64,000 nt of DNA from Mantamonas sphyraenae STR306. Its lineage: Eukaryota > Protista > CRuMs. The first letter of the stretch is position 1; every line of letters starts with the position of its first letter. The notes below the pieces were generated by a model that was given only the letters and a program-made list of their open reading frames with translations, searched no databases and was not told the DNA's origin. Position numbers and translations under genes: made by a program. Shown here piece by piece: positions 45,721 to 57,056 of this stretch. The stretch is from the NCBI GenBank assembly GCA_026936335.1, contig JAPMXV010000068.1, positions 248,001 to 312,000 of the forward strand, read 5' to 3'.

Positions 45721-48280
45721 GCAGGAGGAGGACGAGGAGCAGCAGGAGGCCATGATGCATCCAACAGAGCATGGGATGGATGTCGACGAGGCTGTGGAGG
45801 ATGACCAGGATCCAGTGGAACCCTTCTACTTGCTGAAGGCATTCCAGAGGTTGCGCACGGTTGCGATGAACAACCTGACGATGGTGGTGGGCAACAAGGA
45901 CAATCCAGAGGAACTCAATTCGGTACGGTTCACCAGTGATGGGATACGGAAGGCAGCTGATGGTTTTGACTTCTCGTTTCTGGTTCGATGCCATCTTCCC
46001 AATCTCAACAACGAGCGCATGTGGTCCCTTGCCAACGATGTCGCCCGTGCTTTCACTGGCAGTCTGAAGTCTGCCATCTCCTTGAGTGCCTATCCCATGA
46101 TTGTGGAGCTCATGAGAAACGGAGCGCCCAGTGAGGTGCCCATGCCGGCCATCATTGCAAGCGTCGCCGCACTCATGCATCAAAGTTATGCCAAAACCAA
46201 GAGGGCGTTTCAAACACATCAGGTGTCAGCAAAGGACACAGAGAATTTCGTCTTCTCGCAATCCATCTACAACACCACCGCGGCGACCACGAGCGCCCCT
46301 TCGTCCTTGGATGTGGAGCCCTCACAAGATGCCTCTCCGTGGGATCCATACGAGGAGGTGTGCACCAGCATCACCGAGCCGCTTTGCAAGCATCTGCGCA
46401 GCAAACGGATCGCGTTGTCCGAATTGTTGAAGGTGACGCTCAAGCCCACCCTGGCCACCAATGTCAAAAACCCACAAGCGAGACGCGCCATTGCTTCGAC
46501 AGCAGCAAGGTTGAACTGTGTCGCCGCAATGTTTCCCGGGCCCGTGGACATTGGGGCGCAGTGGGTCTTCGGGGCGTCCTCTGTCGACAGCTATGCGTTT
46601 GACATCTTTGTGCACAACGTGGAGGCAAAGTGGGACACGCGCCCAGAATGGTGGGATGCGTTGAAGGGAAGCAACTGGGTTTTGACTCCACAGGTACTGC
46701 CAACTCTGCCCAAATGGCTTCGGAAAGAGGTGTTCCGGTGTCGATACGCTCGTCGCATGCCAGAAAACAACAGTGACGATGATGGTCAGCCAGTCCAACA
46801 CTGGGCAGGAGAGCGGCCGCTGCAAACCGTGCCTCTGCAGTCCATCTTGATGCTTACGCGGAGAGTGGGAAGCAAGACACACGCCAGGTGCCTGCTGAAG
46901 AACGTCAGCGCCAGCAGCATGCGCATGCTCTCTGGTGGAATCGCTGTGCACGGCAAGTACAGGAGGGCCTATGTGTTTCAACCTCCGAGGATCGACGCTC
47001 TCCTGCCCTCTCCTCCGAGCCTCGCAACGCTGATCAGGCCAAGGATGGCACATCTCCTGCCCCTTCTGCTGGATTCCAAGAAGGACGCGCTGATTGCCCT
47101 TGCCGTACTGAACCCAACGGGCATGCCAGACGCGCTGATCGCAGCCGTCCAGCAGATCGCGCCTGGCTTTCCGGATTGCCCTGTACCGAAGCGCGGCTTG
47201 GTCGAGCAGGTCAAGGCCTTTGCCAAGAATGGATACGCAGTCCTTGAGCATGCACGCAAGGTGCTGTGGATCAGCATTGACCCTGGTCGTGGACGAGACT
47301 GGGTCGAGGCGATCTTTGTGCGGAACGGCCAGCTGTATGTGGCCACCTTGCCCCTGGACAGCCACGATGTGCAGGCACACAAGGCAGGGCAGGACCGAGT
47401 GCTGGCGTCGTACACGGACTTCAAGGAGGAGTACAAGCAACGTGTCTTTGGAATAGGCTTGCTCAAGGATGCGAAGCACTTGCGTGCGCAATACGCAACG
47501 TTTCGCAAGCGAAGGATGGCAGGCGTGCGTGAAATGATCTCCGTGATCCACAAGTTCCGCGCGCATCTGGACCTGGAGCAGGTGATTGTGCTGCAGCCGA
47601 CAAAGACGTTTGGCGGACGCGGGAAATCGCAGGAGATGCGGGAGATGCTGGCCAACCACTTTGTGGTCATTGCAGCAGACGAGAGGTATACATCGCAGCA
47701 GTGCTTCTGTGGGAGCCCTGTCGACAACTTGGACGACTTTGGCGCTGAGAAGTTTGGGCGATGGCGGACGTGCAGCAGCCACTGCCTGTCGGACATCGAC
47801 TCCAACATGTTTGACGCCACCAAGCAGCTCAAACGCTTTGCACAACGGCACGCATGCAAAGAGATGGAGGGCGAGGGTGAGCACAACTTGCACCAGGCAG
47901 TTCAGAGAGACCGAGGCTCTGCACACTGCATCTTCTGGCGGCAGATGCTCTTCTTTGTCACAGGCGTCTGGATGGAGAAGCCAACAAAGAAAATCAAGGT
48001 GCAACGCAAGGCAGCAGACAAGGCGGGCAAGAGAAGCAAGAAGAGAAGAGATGAGGAAGTGGGGGAAGACGAGGATTCGGGTGGGTCACCACCACAACAG
48101 CATGCTCCCAAGCGACAAAGGGTACAGCGACGAAGGAAGGTGCAACGCAAGGCAGCAGACAAGGCGGGCAAGAGAAGCAAGAAGAGAAGAGATGAGGAAG
48201 TGGGGGAAGAAGAGGATTCGGGTGGGTCACAACCACAACAGCATGCTCCCAAGCGACAAAGGGTAAGCGACCAAGGATAG
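42488..48280 (+). CDS. Giant Fanzor-like nuclease (~1900 aa) with N-terminal USP/peptidase-C19-like domain; exons ~42488-42917 and 43014-48280 (start uncertain)
   Basis: RuvC-I ISIDPGRG, RuvC-II ADERYTSQQCFCG, zinc finger GRWRTCSSHC, RuvC-III QRDRGSAHCI. Intron 42918-43013 (GTAACG...GCTGAC...CACAG) joins in frame an exon with the Cys-box-like GVNNTGVACWVSS to one with the His-box-like GEHFTAWL...FRVYND. Confidence 0.82.
47996..48265 (+). repeat. 141-bp tandem duplication encoding a basic, NLS-like C-terminal tail
   Basis: KVQRKAADKAGKRSKKRRDEEVGE(D/E)EDSGGS(P/Q)PQQHAPKRQRV occurs twice. Confidence 0.92.
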
Positions 48281-48393
48281 GCAAATGATCGGCCTACAGA
48301 TCCAAATCCACAGGCTTACCCATACTACCTTGTCGCACCATGTGGTGCATCGACTAGCCGAAGGCCATGTGCACAGCCATGTGGCCAATACAA
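48281..48393 (+). ncRNA. Putative omegaRNA scaffold of element B (5' boundary unknown)
   Basis: Hairpins GUCGCACCA-UG-UGGUG(CAU)CGAC (~48332-48354) and GGCCAUGUG-CACAGC-CAUGUGGCC (48363-48386, with G-U pairs) lie between the stop codon and the element end. Confidence 0.55.
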
Positions 48394-48448
48394 TTTTGTC
48401 TCCGCTGGCGGCCCATTCGTAGCCAACGAAAAGAGCTTTTTGACCAAG

Positions 48449-51400
48449 ATGGTCCGTTTCCCCCTCTTCCTCCGCATTACACCACCTGTGTATGCCTTTG
48501 CCAACTCACACCGCATCCATTCCCCCCCCATCCATCATTGCTGCGTGCCATACAGGCGTCGTCGACTGAAGACATCCAGCTTGTCGAGAAGAAGGAAGAG
48601 ACCAAGGAAGAGGAGTGAGTTTTGTCCTGTGCTTCCTTTTCCTTTCCCACCACCTTCCTCCCACACTCTCTCTATCCTCCATCCCGTGTCCCCACCTCCT
48701 CCACACATCGCTTCCGTCCCACTTGTCCCTCCTCCCACCCTCCTGTGCATCCCACTGTCTGCATCCTGTCTTTCTCCCCCCCTTGGCGCCCGGCACCCGC
48801 CGAAATGCGACTTGGCCACACGCCTTTTCCCCCCTCCCCCCCACACCCGTCAGCCAACCCTGGAGCCATGCTCCTCCTCCACCCGCCTCTCCACCGCACC
48901 CGCCTCTCCTCTCCCTGTGCATCCTTCACCGTATGCCTCCCTAGTGTCCCGCCAGTGGGCGTCGCGCCAGAGAGGGATTTCCGACGCAAGCGTCACGCAA
49001 ACTCGCTTTTCGGCGGACCCACCCTCCGACACACGCCGCTCCCCCTGCACACCCACTGGCTTGCATTCCTCCACGCCCGAATTCTCGCATCCCCCCCCGT
49101 GTCTGTCTGTCCATGGCCCCATTCCACCCTCAACCCCCTCGTTTGCCACCCCAACCCCCCTTCCCCACCCCTTCTCGATCTGTTCCCGGAACGATTTTTT
49201 TTCCCTCCCACTGACACGGGCTGATCGTGCGACGGCACCATGAACGGCACAGGCCGAAGCCGCGCTCCTCGACCGAGATTGTGACGGCGTACCACGAGGC
49301 TAAGCAGCGCTCGAGCACGCAGATCGACCGTATCCCGCCGCCTGAGGAGCAGGACTGTGCGCACACGGACATCCACAGCATCTCGCTGAACGAGGCCGTG
49401 GCACGCCACAACACGGACCTGGACCACGGTCTGTCGTCCAAGGTTGCCGCTGAGCGCCTGGAGATCAACGGCTTCAACGAGCTGACCCCGCCCGAGGAGA
49501 CACCCGAGTGGGTCAAGTTCATGCAGCAGATGACCTCGCAGTTTGCCCTGCTGCTGTGGGTGGGTTGCATCCTCTCGCTGGTCGGCTATGCGCTGGACCA
49601 GACCATCCCGGAGAACCTGTACATCGGCATTGTGCTGGGTATTGTGGTGCTCCTCACCGGTACCTTTTCCTACTACCAGGAGCGCAAGTCGAGCGATCTC
49701 ATGTCCCAGTTTGCCGAGATGATGCCGGACATGGCTCTCGTCCTGCGTGACGGTGAGTACCAGAGTGTCAACGCACGCGAGCTCGTGGTGGGTGACATTG
49801 TCAAGGTCAAGGCTGGCGACAAGGTCGTGGCCGACCTGCGTCTGATTGAGACCGACGGCATGAAGGTGGACAACTCCTCCCTCACGGGAGAGTCGGAGCC
49901 GCAGAGCCGTGGCGTGGAGTTTACCGACCCCAACCCGTATGAGACACGCAACCTGGCGTTCTACTCCACCCTGTGTGTCAAGGGCAGCGCCGTGGGCATG
50001 GTTGTCTTTACCGGCGACCGCACCATCATCGGCCAGATTGCCGGCCTGGCTGGCAACACCGACAACGTGGAGACGCCCATCCACCGTGAGATCGAGCATT
50101 TCATTCGCATCATCTCGTCGGTGGCCATCTTTTTGGGTGTCACCTTTTTCTTCATCGGCGTGGGTCTCCAGACGCCCATCATCACCAACCTGGTGTTTAT
50201 GATTGGTATCATTGTGGCCAACGTGCCCGAGGGTCTGCTGGCCACCGTGACGGTGTCCCTGACCCTGACCGCCAACCGCATGGCCCAGAAGCAGGTGCTG
50301 GTGAAGAACCTGGAGTCCGTCGAGACCCTGGGTTCCACCACCCACATTTGCTCCGACAAGACGGGTACCCTGACCCAGAACAAGATGACCCTGGCCCATC
50401 TGTTTTACGACGGCCAGCTGTGGGACTCGGGTCTGGCCGGCCACGATGCTTCGTACAACTCGGCCCACCCCACCTACCAGAGCCTGAAGCGCATTGCTGC
50501 CCTGTGCAACAACGCCACCTACGACCCGACCAAGCCCAAGCTGGGCGACCAGGGTGTCAAGCAGGAGGACGTCGATGCCTTTGGCGACCCGCTGCGCCAG
50601 AAGGTCAACGGTGACGCGTCCGAGACCGCCCTGCTGCGCTTTGTGCAGGTGCAGGAGAACTGCCTGGAGATGCGCAAGGCCAACCCCAAGGTGTTTGAGG
50701 TGCCCTTCAACTCGTCCAACAAGTACCAGATTTCCGTGCACACGATGGGTGCGGATGTGCAGAAGAGCCTGGAGACCGACTCGTCGCTGCTGCTGGTGAT
50801 GAAGGGTGCGCCCGAGCGCATCTTTGACCGCTGCGACAAGGTGCTCGTGGGCGGCAAGGTGGTGGACAAGGGAGAGGAGGAGATCGACCAGTACAACGAG
50901 GCCTACACCAAGCTCGGTGGCGACGGCGAGCGTGTGCTGGGCTTCTGCCACCGTGTGCTGCCCGCCGAGATCACCGCCGAGAGCTTTGCCGACGGTGGCC
51001 AGTACGACGAGGACAACATGCCCCTGGACGACCTCGTCTTTGTGGGTCTCCTCTCGCTCATCGACCCGCCGCGTCCCGAGGTGCCCCCTGCGGTGCGTGA
51101 GTGCCAGAGCGCAGGCATCAAGGTCATCATGGTCACCGGTGACCACCCGCTGACGGCAGCCGCCATTGCCAAGCAGGTGGGCATCATCGACCCGGAGAAG
51201 GGCATGACCCGCGAGGATGTGGCCAAGATGCGTGGTGTGGACGTGGACGACGTGCCCCTGTCCGACCCGGCCGTCACCGCCTCGGTGGTCCACGGCAAGA
51301 ACATCCCGGACCTGGACACCACGGAGAAGTGGGACGAGGTGCTGGACAAGCCCTACTGTGTGTTTGCACGCACGTCGCCCGAGCAGAAGCTGATCATTGT

Positions 51401-52349
51401 GGAGAACAACCAGCGCCGCAAGGCCGTCGTGGCCGTCACGGGCGACGGTGTCAACGACTCGCCGGCCCTGAAGAAGGCCGACATCGGTGTGGCCATGGGC
51501 ATCACCGGCTCGGCCGTGTCCAAGGAGGCCGCCGACATGATTCTGCTCAACGACAACTTTGCCAGCATTGTGGATGGTGTCGAGGAGGGCCGTCTGATCT
51601 TTGACAACCTGAAAAAGTCGATTGCGTACACGCTGTCGTCCAACATCCCGGAGATTGCCCCGTTCCTGCTCTTTATTGTGATTGGCATCCCGCTGCCCCT
51701 GCCCACGCAGCTCATCCTGTGTGTGGATCTGGGCACGGACATGATCCCGGCCATCTCCATGGCCTACGAGACCAAGGAGAGCGACATCATGGATCGCCCG
51801 CCGCGCGATGCAGACAAGGACAAGCTGGTGACCTCGCGTCTCATCTCCTTCTCCTACCTGCAGATCGGTATCCAGCAGGCCCTTGCCGGCTTCTACACCT
51901 ACATGGTGGTGCTGGGCGACTACGGCATCCCGCCCTGGCTCCTGCCCGGCGCCGGTCTGTACTGGGACAACGAGAGCGTGCTGATTGGCGGCATCAACGC
52001 CTACGCACGCGACGACTTTCTGCGCACCGCCCACACCGCCTACTTTGTGACCATTGTGGTGGTGCAGTGGGCCGATCTGCTCATCTGCAAGACGCGTCTG
52101 CTGTCCATCTTTGACCAGGGCATGAAGAACGGCCACCTGAACTTTGGCCTCTTCTCCGAGACCGCCCTGGCCGCCCTGCTGTGCTACGTGCCCTTTGTCA
52201 ACCAGGTGTTCCTCACCCGTCCCATCCTGTTTGTCCACTGGCTGCCCGGTCTGCCCTTTAGCATCGTCATCTTCATCTACGACGAGGTGCGCAAGATGCT
52301 CATCCGCAAGAACCGCGGCGGCTGGCTCGAGCAGAAGACTTACTACTAA
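48449..52349 (+). CDS. ATP1A: Na+/K+-ATPase alpha subunit (P2C ATPase); exons 48449-48451 (ATG only), 48556-48614, 49253-52349
   Basis: TGES, IIVANVPEGLL, CSDKTGTLT, MVTGDH, GDGVND, LSSNIPE, DLGTD and C-terminal TYY. Splice phases of both introns are consistent. Confidence 0.95.
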
Positions 52350-52586
52350 GTCGACTGTCCGCCATGCCATGATGGGCGCCAACACAAAACCCTCTCGGGG
52401 TCACCCCAATTGGCTGGCAGTGACCATAGGTTACCACCACAACGCACAGTGTCGTTGCGTGTGAGTCACCACCGTTCACTTGCCAGCCAGCGTGGGGGGG
52501 AACCAAGTGTTGTTTGTGTGTGCATGTTTGCTTTTGCCACATAAATCCGCCAGAGGGTATTTCCCACACATTCAGTTTGAAATTCA

Positions 52587-53527
52587 TGTCTTGCGCAGCC
52601 GAGGGCAGAGGAAAACCCATCATGTTTGCACGTCGCAGCGGCGTTGCAATCAGGCACCCACACATGCGCATGTGTGCACACGGCGGCATGGCACGGACGA
52701 CAGTGATGGAGACACAGGACAGTGGCAGTGGCACTGGCAGTGGCAGTGTGCAGGGACGATGGGGGATGCACCCACGGACGGAGGAGCAGCAGCGCAGGCA
52801 TGTGAACCTGTTCACGGTGTTCAGTTCAAAGAAGCGGGACGAGAAGCTGGCCAAGGCGAGACGAGACGCAGGCAAGGGGTACTTTGACCAATGGAGCGAA
52901 TGGAGGGAAATCGAAAAGCGAGGAGGGTGCGAGGTGCAGGAGTCCCTGGTGGCGGCGGCAGAAGCCGAAACCTTTCCCGCACGGCTGGTGCACCAGGCGG
53001 TGCGTGTGGCCGACGGAACCGAGGTGCAGGCGGGAGCGTATGCACTGCAGTACAACGACCTGCTTTCCGACGGCGATCCCTTGTTGCAACGCGACGGAAA
53101 GGCACAGGGCATGCCGTACGTGCGTGCGTTTGTGTGTTCCCAGCGGCAATTTGCACAGCACATGGCCGACACGTGGTTTGACGAACTCCTGAGGATAGAA
53201 GCACAACAGTCTCAGCTGCGTGTGTACCAGGTGCTCCTTATCGAACAGACCCTGTTTCGCTGGGCCCAGGGGTTGACCCTGAAGGCCGTGCGAGAGGGAG
53301 CCAAACCCGAACGCCAGGCACACATGCTGGCCCAGCTTCACGACCGCGAGGAACAACGCACCGAGATCAATCTCATCAACAATGCCATGGCTTACGTCTT
53401 TCTGGTCGACCATCATGGTCGCATGCGATGGACAGGACGAGGATTGCCCCAGGACCAACACATCGCCGTCCTGCACAAGCAGATCAACAAGCTCGTCCAC
53501 GAATTGAACAGCAACAAGAGCAAATGA
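52587..53527 (+). CDS. ATP10: Mitochondrial ATPase assembly factor ATP10-like protein (start uncertain)
   Basis: INNAMAYVFLVDHHGRMRWTGRG resembles the ATP10 C-terminal motif; thioredoxin-like layout. Confidence 0.7.
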
Positions 53528-53608
53528 TGATAGGGAAGGGAGGGGAGGGGATGGGATGGGGAATGGGGAGGATGGGATTGGGATGCGCGGGAACCAACAC
53601 AAAAATGG

Positions 53609-54622
53609 ATGTCGTCGTCAGGCAGCTCCACTCATTCTCGGCCGGCAGTGGTGCTTGTGTGCATGTGTGGTCTTCCTGGCGCTGGAAAGAGCACGTGGGT
53701 GGAACAATGGTGCAGTGACAACGAGGACAGTGAGGGTGTTTGTGCTGTGGCTAGCATGCTGGACACTCGCAACGTTTGTGTGTGGCGCATCAACTTTGAC
53801 GCCGCCTTGGCTCAGGCCCTTGACACACAGAGTCGCAATGAACACGAGGACGACGATGCAATGGACAGTCAGGCATGGAAGACATCACGAAGGATACCCT
53901 ACAGCGCATGTTGTGCTCTGTTGGAGGCGTGGGACGCAGGGACGGAAGATGCCCTGCAGACGCTGGACGAGGAGACGCGAGGATGTGTGGAGGCGATGGG
54001 AGGCAAGGGAAGTGGCACGGGGAACGACGTACACGTGGTCATCCTGGACGACAACATGTACTATCACAGCATGCGTCAGGAATACGCCATGTTGGCTAGG
54101 GAGAGGGATTTGGGCTGGGTGACAGTGTATGTGGAGACCAGCGAGACACAGGCGCAGGAGTGGAATGCACAACGGACAGGGAAACAGCGTGTGGAGGCAC
54201 AGGTGATCACACGCATGGCTGAACGGTTGGAGGCGCCAGGGAAGGGGGACAATGATCCGTGGACAGTGTGTGTGCACCCGTGTGAGGACATGCGTCTGGC
54301 ACACGTGAGTGAATTGGTGTGTGCAGAGGCCACACAGCCTCACATGCGTACACAGCGACTGGAGAAGGAGCAACAGGAGGAGAAGGACAAGCAAAACGCA
54401 GAGAACCCTGTCCATGTGTTGGATTTGACACTCAAGCAACACGTGGGTGCACTCATGCAGAAAGTGAGCACAGAAAGGCGCAAGCAGTGTGCACGTGTGC
54501 TTGCTGCCATGCGCAAGGACTTGTTGGCTCGGAATCGTCCCGGGCTCCAGGATGGCAGCCTCACCCTGGAACAGGCTATCGACACATGCACACAGCAATT
54601 GAATGCCTGTGTGGACCAATGA
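53609..54622 (+). CDS. PSTK: O-phosphoseryl-tRNA(Sec) kinase-like P-loop kinase
   Basis: CGLPGAGKST Walker A; ILDDNMYYHSMRQE..MLAR; C-terminal HVLDLTLK helical domain. Confidence 0.8.
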   Translation: MSSSGSSTHSRPAVVLVCMCGLPGAGKSTWVEQWCSDNEDSEGVCAVASMLDTRNVCVWRINFDAALAQALDTQSRNEHEDDDAMDSQAWKTSRRIPYSACCALLEAWDAGTEDALQTLDEETRGCVEAMGGKGSGTGNDVHVVILDDNMYYHSMRQEYAMLARERDLGWVTVYVETSETQAQEWNAQRTGKQRVEAQVITRMAERLEAPGKGDNDPWTVCVHPCEDMRLAHVSELVCAEATQPHMRTQRLEKEQQEEKDKQNAENPVHVLDLTLKQHVGALMQKVSTERRKQCARVLAAMRKDLLARNRPGLQDGSLTLEQAIDTCTQQLNACVDQ

Positions 54623-54738
54623 ACCCCAGGTGGTGTTTGTCAATCTCTTCATTTTCTTGCGCACGCGCGGAAAATTGTCACCGGCGACTTTTGGATCGCT
54701 TCCATTTCGGAGGCGGCGGAAGAAATTCTCCCATCGGC

Positions 54739-55293
54739 TCAGTTGATGCTGTACAGAGTTCCGGAGAGCACAGTTGCAAAGGTGACCCACAGTGCATAGG
54801 GAATCAGGAGGGAGGCACCCAGGCGGTCCTTGCGCCAGAAGATGTAGATGAGCGAGTAGACAAAGAGATCAATGCCGATGATCCAGATGAAGGCCAGAAG
54901 GAGCAGATGGGCCTGGAAGAAGATGGGCGTCCAGCAGAGGTTGAAGGCAAGGTGGACGGCATAGAAGCCGAGTTCAAAGCGAGCACGCTTGAAGCTGGCA
55001 CCTGCGTACCACCATTGACGCCAGGAGGCAATGGCCATGAATGTGTAGAGCAGGGTCCACACGGGACCAAACAGCCAGTTGGGAGGCTGAAACACGGGCT
55101 TGTGCAAACGGATGAACCATTCGGAACGACCATCGCCACTGAAGGAGCTGGCAAAGGCCAAGCCGTTGGTGATGAGGATGTTGGCCACCAGCAACCCCCA
55201 CTTTTTCACAGGCGAAGTCTCCTCCTGCTCCCTCAACAGGGTCTCTTCGTCCACATTGTCGTCTTCATCCTGGTACTTGTTGTACTTGAACAT
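54739..55293 (-). CDS. TSPO: TspO/MBR translocator protein
   Basis: WFIRLHKPVFQPPNWLFGPVWTLLY, NLCWTPIFF, LLIPYALWVTFA. Confidence 0.92.
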   Translation of the reverse strand: MFKYNKYQDEDDNVDEETLLREQEETSPVKKWGLLVANILITNGLAFASSFSGDGRSEWFIRLHKPVFQPPNWLFGPVWTLLYTFMAIASWRQWWYAGASFKRARFELGFYAVHLAFNLCWTPIFFQAHLLLLAFIWIIGIDLFVYSLIYIFWRKDRLGASLLIPYALWVTFATVLSGTLYSIN

Positions 55294-55363
55294 GGTCGGC
55301 AGTTTGGTTGGTGTGTGTGGAGCGCAGTCGCATGCAACAACCACACACACACACACAGGGCAC

Positions 55364-57016
55364 ATGTCATCATCATCGTCATCATCATCATCATCATCTT
55401 CAGAGACGCAACGGTGGGAGGAGTACATGGGTCGGTGTGTGCAAGCACTGGCAGAGAGTGTGGACGGGGACACGGATCGGCTGGAGGAGGAGGAGGAGCA
55501 GATGATGGAAGCACAAGGGAAGGATGGAGAGGAGGAAGTGTCGTATGCACGAGGATGGTACCAACAGGCCCAACTGGCAGTGGCCACACGATACACAGGG
55601 GAGCTTGCAGACAAGCCCACGGTGCGCACACTCTGGTCCTGGTGGGAGAGCAGCACGGGACAACACGTCGACCCAGAGTCCAACCAATGGTATTTGGTGT
55701 TGGAACAGTGCATGGACGCAGACACACAACGCACCCGACTCGGTGGACGTCCCGTGTGGGTGGATCCAAACGCAAGCGACCTTCCAACTGCCCAGGACCT
55801 TGCATGCTCCACCTGCAACGAACCCATGGGTCTTGTGTGTCAACACAGGGTGGTCAGCAAACGTGTGCCATCCTCCACTGTGGTCTATGTGTTTACCTGT
55901 GGGCGTAGCAGCTGCCGTGAGTGGAAGGCGTATGCGCAGCAGAGCCAGGCAGAGACGCAGGCCAAGGGCAACAGCAGCAGCGAGACGGATTCGGGATCCA
56001 ACAGCACGGGAAACACGTCTGGTGGCACCACAGACACGTGGAGTGGCAAAGGAGACGAGGACGACGACTGGAAGAAACTGGCCGAAAAGCGCAAGGCAAT
56101 GCTGGCCGCGAAAAAGGCAGCGAAAAAGGCCAAACAAGGAGGGGGAAAGGGAAGCAAGGGAAGCAAGGGAGGCAAGGGAGGAAAGGGAGGGAAAGGTACA
56201 AAGGGGGTTGCACAGACACAAGAGGAGTCAGAGAAGGAGGAGGAGGAGCAACAGGGACCCGAGGTGGACACGACACGGATCACAGGGCAGGTGGCACCCA
56301 ACCAGCTGTTCTTTGGTCACGAAGTGAGCATGGAAAAGGAAATGACGGCATCTGCCATGGCCAAGAAGACGGGAGGGCATGGATCCTCCTTGGATGATCT
56401 GGACGAAGAAACACAGGAGATGGCAAGGGAGGCAGAAGAGGTGAGTGGAAGTGGAGGCAATAGCAGCAGTAGCAGTGGCAGTGGATCAAGTAGTGGACGT
56501 GGAAGTACAGCAGTGGAGGGGTACGAGGTGCAGGGGGATCCGATGGCGGCAGTGTTTCACAATCGGCTCCAGCGGCAACCGTACCAGGTGCTTCGTGAGG
56601 GCTTGCAGCCATTGTGGAGCAGCGAGTGTAGGCCTGTGGTGTGTGGGGTGCAAGGAGAGGGCACAGGGACGGGTCCAGCAGCATGGTCATGCACACAATG
56701 TGGCGAAACCTTGGTGTATCTGTTCCAACTCATGCCAGCCGCCCTCAACGCGTTGCAACGGGTGGAGATGGCAGAAGGAGAGGAGGATGGGGAAGAGGAG
56801 GAGGAGGAGGGGGAGGAGGTGCAGGAGAAGCAGGACAAGGAGATGGAGGCGTTCAAGAGGAAAGCAGCTGCACTCAAGGCTCTATTGGATCAAGAGATGG
56901 AATGGCAGGTGGCGTGTGTGTACATGTGCTTGAGTGAGGCGTGTGTGTCGTCGGGAAAGAGCACGCCTGCGTTGGCCATGGCAGTGCAGTATGAAGATGA
57001 GGAGGGGAGTGAGTGA
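55364..57016 (+). CDS. PDCD2: PDCD2/TSR4-family uS5 chaperone-like protein
   Basis: TRLGGRPVW...CSTCNEPM...VYVFTC; QVLR...PLW...CTQCG...FQLMP...MEW...VYMC. Confidence 0.8.
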   Translation: MSSSSSSSSSSSSETQRWEEYMGRCVQALAESVDGDTDRLEEEEEQMMEAQGKDGEEEVSYARGWYQQAQLAVATRYTGELADKPTVRTLWSWWESSTGQHVDPESNQWYLVLEQCMDADTQRTRLGGRPVWVDPNASDLPTAQDLACSTCNEPMGLVCQHRVVSKRVPSSTVVYVFTCGRSSCREWKAYAQQSQAETQAKGNSSSETDSGSNSTGNTSGGTTDTWSGKGDEDDDWKKLAEKRKAMLAAKKAAKKAKQGGGKGSKGSKGGKGGKGGKGTKGVAQTQEESEKEEEEQQGPEVDTTRITGQVAPNQLFFGHEVSMEKEMTASAMAKKTGGHGSSLDDLDEETQEMAREAEEVSGSGGNSSSSSGSGSSSGRGSTAVEGYEVQGDPMAAVFHNRLQRQPYQVLREGLQPLWSSECRPVVCGVQGEGTGTGPAAWSCTQCGETLVYLFQLMPAALNALQRVEMAEGEEDGEEEEEEGEEVQEKQDKEMEAFKRKAAALKALLDQEMEWQVACVYMCLSEACVSSGKSTPALAMAVQYEDEEGSE

Positions 57017-57056
57017 ATGCGTGAGTGACCCAGAATTGACACAGATGGTCATCTCA

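Larger units (their letters stand above)
40663..48393 (+). mobile_element. Element B: potentially autonomous Tc1/mariner-IS630-type transposon (7731 bp) with DD34E transposase and protease-Fanzor gene; apparent TT duplication
   Basis: Left end TTGTGGCGTTCAGCGCGCTGTGGTCA (40663-40688) matches the element A left end at 19/26. Right-end reverse complement TTGTATTGGCCACATGGCTGTGCACA (48368-48393) matches its own left end at 15/26 and shares CTGTGCACA with both ends of A. TT flanks both sides. Confidence 0.7.

Noticed and set aside
21125-48280. Large RuvC proteins as bacterial Cas12 or contamination
   Set aside because: No CRISPR array or cas genes are present; both genes have spliceosomal introns and lie in TIR elements among eukaryotic genes.
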